Source of the DNA: Tenuifilaceae bacterium
GTDB taxonomy: Bacteria; Bacteroidota; Bacteroidia; Bacteroidales; Tenuifilaceae
Direction: 5' to 3'
Assembly: GCA_035380045.1 (NCBI GenBank)
Contig: DAOSWM010000025.1
Coordinates: 1 to 39,911, forward strand
Length of the DNA: 39,911 nt
The notes under the pieces are model-generated. The model had not been told where the DNA came from, made no database searches, and saw only the letters and a program-made list of their open reading frames with translations. Position 1 is the first letter of the stretch, and the number at the start of each line of letters is the position of its first letter. Position numbers and translations under genes: made by a program. Shown piece after piece: positions 17,753-26,275 of the stretch.

Positions 17753-20365
17753 ATGGTAACTCATAGCAAAATATCTTCAACCACCCAAGCTAGGCTCATC
17801 TCCCATAAAGTGGTGATGGCAGGTGTAATAGGATTACTTTTTATGGTTCTTGCCTGGATTTTAGAACTCATCGGACAAAATATTCCCTTCTCAATAAGCA
17901 GTATTGGAGCAATACATTCTACAAACCCCACTTTATGGATAATTGACATACTCCCATTACTTTTTGCATATGTCACCTGGGTTCAGCTCTCAAAGCATCA
18001 GGAAAAAGTTGTTTTCCTTGAGGAAGAAATCCAGCAACGTGACGACGACATAAATAAAAACGCTCTTTTTGCAAAAAAGATTGGAGAGGGCGACTACAAT
18101 GCCAACCTTGAGATTAGCGATGAAGAGGATATTCTCGGGAAATCGCTCCTGGTTATGCGCGACAACCTCCTAGAGAATAACCAGAAGGAATCGGAGCAGA
18201 ATTGGATTTCAACAGGCAAGGATGAAGTTTCGCACATACTCCGATTGCATAACAACATCGATGAGCTAACCTACGAGGTTCTGGTTAAACTCATTAACTA
18301 CATAAACGTTATTCAAGGTGCCCTCTACATATACGATGAGGATAAAAAAATACTGAAAAACCTAGCCACATTCGCATACTCACGAAAAAAATTCATCAAT
18401 CAGGAGTTTAAAATCGGACAAGGTTTAATTGGTCAATGTGCCTACGAACGTGATTTTATCTACAGAACCGAAATCCCCGATAACTACATTTCAATAACAT
18501 CAGGAATACTCGGTGACAAGAAACCCAAGAGCCTCCTTATAGTACCACTTATAACCGACGAAAAACTCCAGGGCGTAATCGAGTTTGCTTCGCTTGACGA
18601 TAACATCCCCGAGCTAACAATCCGTTTCCTAAAAGAAATGGGCGAAATTATTGCCCGTACCATCTTTAACCTAAGGGTGAACCAAAAAACGGAAAGATTA
18701 CTGCAGGAAGCTCAACAGATGACTCAAGAACTTAAAGAGAACGAAGAGGAGCTTCGGCAGAATGCTGAGGAGATGAGAGCCACACACGAAGAGCTCGAGA
18801 AATCGAACGCCAAACTTGAGCAAAAAATTAAGGAGGTAGAAAACGCTCAAAAACGATTACACTCACTCCTTGAAAACGCATCAGAAATAATATCGATTTA
18901 CAGCAGCAGCCTTAAACTCACCTACATAAGCCCTTCGGTAACAAAAATTTTAGGCTACACACCCCAGGAAATGATGAGCGGAAAGGATATCGATAGGCTT
19001 ACCCGCAAGGGCGAGCAAGATTTGAGCGACATGTTCCACAAGCTACTCGACTCTCCCCGTATGCCCATCACCATCCAGTACACTTTCATGAAAAAGGATG
19101 GAGAAAAGATATTCCTTGAGGTTACCGGACGTAACTTACTCGACGACACTGCAATTAATGGCATCATTCTTAACTCCCAAGATATTACTGAGCGCAAAAG
19201 AGCCGAGAAGGAGGAACGCATGCGGAGCAAAATGCAGGCCCTATCAGAGAACTCACCCGACATGATTATTCGCCTCAACACCGCAGGACAATTCTTCTAC
19301 GCCAACCCCATGGTGGAGCAGTACCTTGGCATTCCGGTGAAAGACTTAATAAACCAAACCCTTAACTCCATTGAAATAAACGAAACGCTTCTCTCCTTCT
19401 TCAAAGAATCAATTAAAACCATAAAAACCACCAAACAGAAAGTTGAAGAAGACCTTACTTTCGATGCAAAAATTGGTGAAACCATAATGCATATCTCAGC
19501 AATTCCGGAATTTAACGAGAATGAACTCGAAACAATCCTTTTCGTTAGCCACGATATTACCGAAGCGAAACGCATTGAACTCGAAATCCAGGATAAAAAC
19601 CGAAAGATTACCGAAAGTATCAACTACGCACAGCGTATTCAAACCTCAATACTTCCAAACAACAAAATTATTCGACAGTATCTGCCAAAATCATTCATTT
19701 ACTATAAACCACGCGACGTGGTTAGCGGCGACTTCCCCTGGTTTTTTATAAAAGAAGATTACATCTACATTGCTGCTGTCGACTGTACTGGGCATGGAGT
19801 TCCTGGAGCTCTGCTCTCATTCATTGGTTACTTTACACTCAACAATGTTGTTGACCATGATGTTACCTATAGCGCAGGAAAAATTCTTGACGTACTTCAT
19901 TTTGGAGTACGCAAAACCCTTAAACAGGACAGACCCGATGCTGATGCTCGTGATGGGATGGACATTGCACTTTGTAAAATAAATCTTAAAAAGAAAGAAC
20001 TCCAATACTCAGGTGCTCACAGGCCCCTGTTCCTTTTACGAAACAAAGAGCTACTTGAATACAAAGGCGACCGAAAAGCCATTGGGGGCATCCCTCATCC
20101 AAAGAAAGAGGAGTCTGACTTTACAAACTACATCATCGAGCTAAAACAGGGAGATAAGATATTCTTCTTCTCCGATGGCATGCCCGACCAAGTTGGTGGT
20201 TCAGACATCAGAAAGTACGGACCAGCAAGAATCCGGGAGATTATCACAGGCAATCCAGACATGACAATGCCCCAGTACAACGAAATTTTCTCAAAAGATT
20301 TTGAAGAGTATAAGGGTGAAAATAAGCAAATTGACGACGTTTTACTAATTGGTATAGAATTCTAA
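17753..20365 (+). CDS. Membrane sensor phosphatase: TM-HAMP-GAF-EE-heptad coiled coil-PAS-PAS-PP2C/SpoIIE Ser/Thr phosphatase (SiaA/RsbU-like)
   Basis: Two TM helices are followed by a HAMP-like linker. The GAF motif is ITSGILGDKKPKSLLIVPLITDEKLQGVIEFASL. The EE-heptad helix is QELKENEEELRQNAEEMRATHEELEKS. Two PAS blocks follow. The PP2C motifs are RIQTSILP...VSGDFPWF...AAVDCTGHGVPGALLS...DGMDIAL...FFSDGMPDQ. The start overlaps the stop of the upstream gene (ATGGTAAC). Confidence 0.8.
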   Translation: MVTHSKISSTTQARLISHKVVMAGVIGLLFMVLAWILELIGQNIPFSISSIGAIHSTNPTLWIIDILPLLFAYVTWVQLSKHQEKVVFLEEEIQQRDDDINKNALFAKKIGEGDYNANLEISDEEDILGKSLLVMRDNLLENNQKESEQNWISTGKDEVSHILRLHNNIDELTYEVLVKLINYINVIQGALYIYDEDKKILKNLATFAYSRKKFINQEFKIGQGLIGQCAYERDFIYRTEIPDNYISITSGILGDKKPKSLLIVPLITDEKLQGVIEFASLDDNIPELTIRFLKEMGEIIARTIFNLRVNQKTERLLQEAQQMTQELKENEEELRQNAEEMRATHEELEKSNAKLEQKIKEVENAQKRLHSLLENASEIISIYSSSLKLTYISPSVTKILGYTPQEMMSGKDIDRLTRKGEQDLSDMFHKLLDSPRMPITIQYTFMKKDGEKIFLEVTGRNLLDDTAINGIILNSQDITERKRAEKEERMRSKMQALSENSPDMIIRLNTAGQFFYANPMVEQYLGIPVKDLINQTLNSIEINETLLSFFKESIKTIKTTKQKVEEDLTFDAKIGETIMHISAIPEFNENELETILFVSHDITEAKRIELEIQDKNRKITESINYAQRIQTSILPNNKIIRQYLPKSFIYYKPRDVVSGDFPWFFIKEDYIYIAAVDCTGHGVPGALLSFIGYFTLNNVVDHDVTYSAGKILDVLHFGVRKTLKQDRPDADARDGMDIALCKINLKKKELQYSGAHRPLFLLRNKELLEYKGDRKAIGGIPHPKKEESDFTNYIIELKQGDKIFFFSDGMPDQVGGSDIRKYGPARIREIITGNPDMTMPQYNEIFSKDFEEYKGENKQIDDVLLIGIEF

Positions 20366-20403
20366 ATTGATTATTATCGGTAAATTATTTAATTTTACGG
20401 GCT

Positions 20404-20979
20404 ATGGACAAAAAGAATGTTAAAGGGTTTCTTGAGTTTGTATACGACTTCTACAAGTCGATGAAAGCTCATGAAATCACCCTTGTGTACGAGGGTGAAA
20501 TAACCCACCAAATCACCAAGGCCTTTACCTCCCTCACTGAGTCGAACATGGCGAAGGAGGAAGAGTCTAACTCTGTGCAGAAGAAAGTCTTTCATGTTAT
20601 GGTAGAGTGCCTGCAAAACATTAGCAAGCACGCCGACAGCTTCGGCTCCGATGACTTTCTGTTCGCCGGACGAGGAATCTTCATGGTTAGTAAAGGTGAA
20701 ATTGAGTACCATGTTACTACCGGGAACGTGATTGAGAACTCAAAGATTGATGAACTCACAAAAATTCTCGACCACATCAACACCCTGGATAAGGACGGTT
20801 TGAAAGAACTGTACAAAACACAGATGCGAGAAGGACGTCTTTCGGAGAAAGGTGGAGCAGGACTTGGATTTATTGATATTGCTAGGAAAACTGGCCGTAA
20901 ACTCGAGTACCACTTCCTCCCCATCGACGAAGAAACCCACTTCTTTATTTTAACCTCAACCATATCCAGAAACGAGTAA
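20404..20979 (+). CDS. GHKL-type Ser/Thr protein kinase, SiaB/RsbW/SpoIIAB-like partner-switch kinase
   Basis: The N-box-like VECLQNISKHA and the G2-box EKGGAGLGFIDIARKTG of HATPase_c anti-sigma-factor-type kinases are present. The 191-aa size and position directly after a PP2C phosphatase gene fit this role. Confidence 0.6.
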   Translation: MDKKNVKGFLEFVYDFYKSMKAHEITLVYEGEITHQITKAFTSLTESNMAKEEESNSVQKKVFHVMVECLQNISKHADSFGSDDFLFAGRGIFMVSKGEIEYHVTTGNVIENSKIDELTKILDHINTLDKDGLKELYKTQMREGRLSEKGGAGLGFIDIARKTGRKLEYHFLPIDEETHFFILTSTISRNE

Positions 20980-20994
20980 GAAAATACAAGAGCT

Positions 20995-21378
20995 ATGGAA
21001 ACCATAAAGATCATGGGTACCGACGATACCCCAACTGTTATTCTCGATGCTGATAACGATATCTTTGAGATATCAGGCCGCTCTCTCCCCGAGGATGTAA
21101 CCGCATTCTACGAGCCCATACTTAACTGGCTCGACGATTATGCCAACTCGCCTAATGCGAAAACCGTGTTTATATTTAAACTCGTTTACTTTAACACAGC
21201 GAGCTCCAAGCTTCTACTTGACATTCTTATGAAGCTTGAGCAAATGCATGAAGATGGCAAGGAGGTATTAATCCGATGGTTCTACCCTGAAGATGATGAA
21301 GATATGCAGGAAGCTGGTGAGGAGTATGCTGATATTGTTGATATCCCATTTGAGCAGGTAAGCTACACGCTAACCTAA
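20995..21378 (+). CDS. DUF1987/SiaC-like small regulatory phosphoprotein, the probable kinase/phosphatase substrate
   Basis: It is 127 aa. The pattern DDTPTVILDADNDIFEISGRSLPEDVTAFYEPILNWLDDY ... VYFNTASSKLL ... WFYPEDDEDMQEAGEEY matches the SiaC-family layout as remembered, including the Ser/Thr-containing YFNT(A/S)SS segment. The family assignment is from recall, not a search. Confidence 0.55.
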   Translation: METIKIMGTDDTPTVILDADNDIFEISGRSLPEDVTAFYEPILNWLDDYANSPNAKTVFIFKLVYFNTASSKLLLDILMKLEQMHEDGKEVLIRWFYPEDDEDMQEAGEEYADIVDIPFEQVSYTLT

Positions 21379-21419
21379 TTTAGCCTATAGCTATCCGTTT
21401 GCTTTAACAAACCTTAGCA

Positions 21420-24400
21420 ATGAGTGAAGAAATTCTCAAGGCTTTAATGCAACTGTTTGCGATTATCGCCAAACAGGACGAGGGCGTTGAATCTAATGAA
21501 CGCGACTACGTCGTGAATTTTCTTACTCAACAACTTAACGATGAGGCCGTTAAGGAGTATATCAATCTTTTTGATCAGCATGCAGGCCTTAACGATGAAA
21601 AGGAGGAGGATAATGGCGAGGAGGGGAAACCCAAAAAAGTAAAACTCACCTCGGTTAAGGACTCTGTAAAGATCCTGGGGATTTGCAAAAAAATTAACAA
21701 AACACTTACCCAGGAGCAAAAAGTAGTTGTTCTGGTTCGCCTTTTTGAGCTGGTTAATGCCGACCGAAAATTTACCGACCAACGGATGGCCATTATAAAC
21801 ACTGTGGCCGAAGTATTTAAACTCACAAAGGAAGAGTTTCAGGATGTTGAAAATTTTGTTATCAACAACGACCCAAAAGATCTCGATTATCCCAGCATTC
21901 TCAGTATACACGACAAGGAAGAACTAGGCGAACACTGCAAGCACATTCCCACAGAGGCACTCAACGGATACCTATTCATTCTCCAAATTAAAAGTGTCGA
22001 CCTATATTTCCTGCGATACACAGGAAATGAGGACATTTTCCTAAACGGGCTACCAATTAACAACAAACGCATCTACCTTTTCGCAAGTGGTAGTTCAATT
22101 AAACTTCCTAAGGGAAAACCTGTTTACTATACCGATGTTGTTGCTCACTTCCTCGCCGATTTGAGTGCAACCCGGATTTGTTACGATGTTCAGGATGTTG
22201 GTTTCAGGTTCAAATCAGGCGATATTGGGCTCCGCAACATCAGCTTCAAGGAAGAACATGGCAAACTCATAGGCATTATGGGTGCCAGCGGTGCCGGAAA
22301 AACAACACTTTTAAACGTTCTAGCTGGGGTTGAAAAACCAACGAGCGGCCGAGTTCTTATCAATGGATTCGATTTACACAATGAGAAAGAAAAAGTTGAG
22401 GGTGTTATCGGTTTAATACCCCAGGACGATCTGCTCATTGAAGAGCTAACCGTTTTTCAGAACCTGTACTACAACGCAAAGCTATGCTTTAAAAACAAGA
22501 CCGAAGAAGAACTTGTTGAACTTGTCGACAGAACGCTCGACAACCTAGGCCTTCTTGAAAGGAAGAACCTAAAGGTTGGTTCGCCCATGAATAAAATGAT
22601 TTCGGGTGGCCAGCGGAAAAGGTTGAACATAGCCCTCGAGCTTATCCGCGAACCCTCCATCCTATTTGTCGACGAACCAACTTCTGGCCTATCATCACGC
22701 GACTCTGAAAACGTTATGGACCTTCTAAGGGAACTAACCCTTAAAGGCAAGCTAATTTTTGTGGTTATCCACCAGCCATCGTCGGACATATATAAAATGT
22801 TCGATAACATGACCATTCTTGATACTGGCGGATACCTTATATATTATGGGAATCCCGTTGAAGCCGTTATGTATTTCAAACGCCTCGACATGCAAATTAA
22901 CAGTGATGTTGGCGAATGTCCCACGTGCGGTAACGTTAACCCAGAGCTCATCTTCAACATTATTGAAGCCAAAGTGGTTGATGAATTTGGTCGCTACACA
23001 CCAACCCGAAAAGTATCACCACCAAAGTGGGAGGATTACTACCACGAAAACATCAAACTGAGGGAAGTTAATGACGAAACCGAGCCTCCCCCAAAATCCC
23101 TAGATATCCCCTCAGCGTTCAAACAGTTCTTAATATACACAACCCGCGACTTCCTGTCAAAGGTTAGCAATACGCAGTATATAGTACTAAACCTACTCGA
23201 AACCCCTATTCTGGGATTTATTCTTGCATTCGTAATACGATACATAGCCGACCCAAACTCAAATATTTATATTTTCCGCGAAAACGAAAACATACCCATC
23301 TATATTTTTATGGCGCTAATTGTGGCCCTGTTTATTGGCTTAACAGTAAGTGCCGAGGAAATTTTTCGCGACAGAAAAATACTGAAGCGAGAAGCATTCC
23401 TAAACCTTAGCCGAACCTCGTACCTTTTTAGTAAAATATCTATCCTTGTAGTTCTGTCTGCTATACAAAGCATTACGTTTGTGCTAATTGCAAATGGGAT
23501 TCTCCAACTCAAAGGAATGAACTTCGAGTACTGGCTCGTACTATTCTCCACAGCAGTTTTTGCTAACCTTTTAGGGCTGAATATTTCAGCAACTTTCAAT
23601 TCGGCCGTAACCATATATATTGTTATCCCGCTTTTAATGATTCCTATGATGGTTCTTTCCGGAGCCATGTTTAGCTTCGAGAAGCTTAATCGAGCCGTAG
23701 GAAGTTTTAGCCGTGTCCCAATTATCGCTGAATTTATGGTCACCAAATGGGGCTACGAGGCTCTGGTGGTACACCAGTATAAGGATAACGATTTCCAGAA
23801 GAATTTCTACGAGATAGAGAAGGTTGAACGCAACGCAAACTACAAAACCGTATACTACATTCCTGAAATTGAAAAAAAGGTTCTTGAAACCTTAGATCTA
23901 CTTGAAAGTTCAAACGAGGAAAACCAACAAACACTATCCGCAGACTTAAACACGATACACAAGGCAATATTCAACGAAACGAACTATTTAGCACCAGGTG
24001 TGCCATTTAGCTTCATTGATAGCATAACCATAAACAGCTACTCATTCGAAACTGCATACGCTATTATTGATTACCTAGATGCCCTGAAAAATCATTACAG
24101 TAAAATTTTTCAGGGGGCAAACCAGAAACGCGACCGAATTATCAACCACCTTGTCAGCACCAATCCTAAACTCTATGAAGCAAAAAGGAGAGCCTACCAT
24201 AACGAAAGCATCGCCGACCTAGCAGAAAAAGTATTTGAAAAAAATAAAATTCTTTTATACAAAGATGAATTCGTACAACAATACGACCCCATATACAGGG
24301 ATCCCTTACCAAGGCATGCGCTCGATTTTCGCTCACACTTCTTAGCCCCCCGAAAATTCTTTTTTGGCAACTTCTTTGATACGTTTTGGTTCAATATTTG

Positions 24401-24509
24401 TTTTATATGGTTTATGTCTATAGTTCTTTACATAACACTTTACTTTGAAACATTAAAAAAACTGTTAGATCTTTCCTCTAAAATAAAAATACCATGGGGG
24501 AAAAAATAA
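21420..24509 (+). CDS. Fused ABC transporter (ABCG/White-like): N-terminal regulatory region (TerB-like helical domain plus FHA-like segment), ABC ATPase, ABC-2 type permease and a ~250-aa C-terminal extension
   Basis: Walker A is GASGAGKTTLLNVLAG, the ABC signature is ISGGQRKRLNIALEL and Walker B is ILFVDEPTSGL. Six TM helices follow the ATPase (aa ~560-790). The N-terminal ~240 aa, MSEEILKALMQLFAIIAKQDEGVESNERDYV...NADRKFTDQRMAIINTVAEVF, is TerB-like. The segment YLFILQIKSVDLYFLRYTGNEDIFLNGLPINNKRIYLFASGSSIKL is FHA-like. Both N-terminal calls are tentative. Confidence 0.8.
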   Translation: MSEEILKALMQLFAIIAKQDEGVESNERDYVVNFLTQQLNDEAVKEYINLFDQHAGLNDEKEEDNGEEGKPKKVKLTSVKDSVKILGICKKINKTLTQEQKVVVLVRLFELVNADRKFTDQRMAIINTVAEVFKLTKEEFQDVENFVINNDPKDLDYPSILSIHDKEELGEHCKHIPTEALNGYLFILQIKSVDLYFLRYTGNEDIFLNGLPINNKRIYLFASGSSIKLPKGKPVYYTDVVAHFLADLSATRICYDVQDVGFRFKSGDIGLRNISFKEEHGKLIGIMGASGAGKTTLLNVLAGVEKPTSGRVLINGFDLHNEKEKVEGVIGLIPQDDLLIEELTVFQNLYYNAKLCFKNKTEEELVELVDRTLDNLGLLERKNLKVGSPMNKMISGGQRKRLNIALELIREPSILFVDEPTSGLSSRDSENVMDLLRELTLKGKLIFVVIHQPSSDIYKMFDNMTILDTGGYLIYYGNPVEAVMYFKRLDMQINSDVGECPTCGNVNPELIFNIIEAKVVDEFGRYTPTRKVSPPKWEDYYHENIKLREVNDETEPPPKSLDIPSAFKQFLIYTTRDFLSKVSNTQYIVLNLLETPILGFILAFVIRYIADPNSNIYIFRENENIPIYIFMALIVALFIGLTVSAEEIFRDRKILKREAFLNLSRTSYLFSKISILVVLSAIQSITFVLIANGILQLKGMNFEYWLVLFSTAVFANLLGLNISATFNSAVTIYIVIPLLMIPMMVLSGAMFSFEKLNRAVGSFSRVPIIAEFMVTKWGYEALVVHQYKDNDFQKNFYEIEKVERNANYKTVYYIPEIEKKVLETLDLLESSNEENQQTLSADLNTIHKAIFNETNYLAPGVPFSFIDSITINSYSFETAYAIIDYLDALKNHYSKIFQGANQKRDRIINHLVSTNPKLYEAKRRAYHNESIADLAEKVFEKNKILLYKDEFVQQYDPIYRDPLPRHALDFRSHFLAPRKFFFGNFFDTFWFNICFIWFMSIVLYITLYFETLKKLLDLSSKIKIPWGKK

Positions 24510-24562
24510 TTTTTTATATATTTACTTGTTTAGAATTATAGTTAAATACAAAACTCAATGTT

Positions 24563-25474
24563 ATGGCAAGGATCATACCTCTTCTTCTAATAATATCTGT
24601 TCTACTTTCATCGTGCAGATCCTGCAACCAAGATCAGGATGCGAATAAGGAGTTTGACATCCCTGATGAATTAATGAACGACGAGCAGCCCCTCCCTGTA
24701 TCCTCTGAAGTTATTGATGAGATTGTACAAAACGTATCTTCTCCCGTTGAAACTGCTGCCCTTATTAAAGGCTTAAAGGTTCCCTTTAACAAGGATTACA
24801 TGGCCTCAACCAATAGCGCTAAAAACATGAATACCAGCTTTCAAAAAGCGTTAGGGCTAGGCATTTACGGAGCCGACCTTGGCTACCTAAACATGTATGA
24901 AAAAACAACCGTTGTGATCGATTATATCTCAACAGTAAAGGATTTGGCTGATGGCATTCAAGTCGGTCAATTTTTCGACTTTAACACCCTTCGACGGATT
25001 GCCACTAACAAAGAGAACCTAGATTCTTTAATGCTCATTTCCCAGCAAAGTTTCAATCGAATTGACAGCTATCTACGTGAAACTAACCGAGCAAGCCTAA
25101 GTGTGGTAATTATTGCTGGTGTTTGGCTTGAGGGTCTATATCTTTCTACCAGGGTTGCACAGGATGCGAACCACCCACGAATAAACGAAACCATTGGCGA
25201 ACAAAAGGTTATTATGGGAACCCTTATGGCTCTTCTTGATAACTATAAACGTGACCCCAATATTGCAACCTTAATTTCTGATTTTGAGGAGATAAAAGAT
25301 TTGTATAAGGATGTTACAATAACCTACGAGATAGGAGGCGAACCAACACCCGTTGTCAAGGACGGTGTTCTCACATTTGTTCAGAATGATGTGCAAACAA
25401 TAAAAATGTCTGACGAAACATTAAAGGCCATAATAACAAAGGTGCAAACATTAAGAAACAAATTTATTAGTTAA
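24563..25474 (+). CDS. Hypothetical lipoprotein
   Basis: Signal peptide with a lipobox-like LLSSC. There is no recognisable family. It is co-directional with and 54 bp after the ABC transporter. Confidence 0.45.
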   Translation: MARIIPLLLIISVLLSSCRSCNQDQDANKEFDIPDELMNDEQPLPVSSEVIDEIVQNVSSPVETAALIKGLKVPFNKDYMASTNSAKNMNTSFQKALGLGIYGADLGYLNMYEKTTVVIDYISTVKDLADGIQVGQFFDFNTLRRIATNKENLDSLMLISQQSFNRIDSYLRETNRASLSVVIIAGVWLEGLYLSTRVAQDANHPRINETIGEQKVIMGTLMALLDNYKRDPNIATLISDFEEIKDLYKDVTITYEIGGEPTPVVKDGVLTFVQNDVQTIKMSDETLKAIITKVQTLRNKFIS

Positions 25475-25493
25475 TCAGAGAAATTTAAGGGCC

Positions 25494-25931
25494 ATGAAAA
25501 AAACATATTTTATTTTACTACTAACGTTCATTCTCTCCGGAGCCTATTCGATTGCTTTCGCTCAATCTGAAGACGATTTAGTTGAGATTTGTGGAATGAT
25601 AGCACAGGATGCAACCTACCTTAAAGACTTTAAGGTAAGGCTCGATGCGGGGAATCCTCCTCCAGTTCAGCGTTTTTCAGTAATTCTTAAGAAAGGAATT
25701 AAGTACAGGTTCTCGGTTTGCAATTCCAAGGACTATGAAGGGAAAGTTGTTCTTCAGCTACTTGATAACAACCGCCTCCTAGCCACCACTCACGTAGTGG
25801 CAAGCGGACAGGACTACCCATCAATAGACTATGTGTGCACAAAGACAGGAGCATACCACCTCTTCTTCAACTTTAAGGACGGAAAACCTGGGTTGGCTGT
25901 TGGCTTACTTTCGCTGGTTGAAACAATATAG
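25494..25931 (+). CDS. Hypothetical small secreted protein
   Basis: Signal peptide MKKTYFILLLTFILSGAYSIAFAQ. It is 145 aa with no recognisable family. Confidence 0.4.
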   Translation: MKKTYFILLLTFILSGAYSIAFAQSEDDLVEICGMIAQDATYLKDFKVRLDAGNPPPVQRFSVILKKGIKYRFSVCNSKDYEGKVVLQLLDNNRLLATTHVVASGQDYPSIDYVCTKTGAYHLFFNFKDGKPGLAVGLLSLVETI

Positions 25932-26002
25932 CTAAATACAATTAATAAATATTCAGGGTATTCATTTTTGAGTACCCTTTTTTATTCTGGAATTGTAAAA
26001 AA

Positions 26003-26033
26003 ATAACCCTAAGATAGGTTACCTTAGGGTTAT
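26003..26033 (-). terminator. Hairpin terminator for the minus-strand tRNA-Asn (possibly bidirectional)
   Basis: AACCCTAAG...CTTAGGGTT hairpin. On the minus strand it is followed by a T-run (plus-strand AAAAAAA at 25997-26003). Confidence 0.45.
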
Positions 26034-26036
26034 TTG

Positions 26037-26113
26037 TGGCTCCTCATCTAGGACTTGAACCTAGGACCCCCTGATTAACAGTCAGGTGCTCTAACCAACT
26101 GAGCTAATGAGGA
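26037..26113 (-). tRNA. tRNA-Asn (anticodon GTT), CCA encoded
   Basis: The reverse complement reads TCCTCATTAGCTCAGTTGGTTAGAGCACCTGACTGTTAATCAGGGGGTCCTAGGTTCAAGTCCTAGATGAGGAGCCA. This gives a cloverleaf with a 7-bp acceptor stem, D arm, anticodon loop CTGTTAA and T arm GGTTCAAGTCC. Confidence 0.85.
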
Positions 26114-26275
26114 ATAGTGTGATGATTAAGCAAACCTCGTTCGTTTTGCGAGTGCAAATATACAACCTTTTATAATTCGTACAAATTTTTTACCATATTT
26201 TTATTTGCAAGTTTGATAAATCAGGATAACTACCTAAAAAAAACTACTTTTGTACCTTAATAAAATGATACAGAA

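Noticed and set aside
21444-24394. Multiple antisense ORFs within the ABC transporter gene
   Set aside because: They overlap a CDS with unambiguous Walker A/B and ABC-signature motifs on the plus strand.
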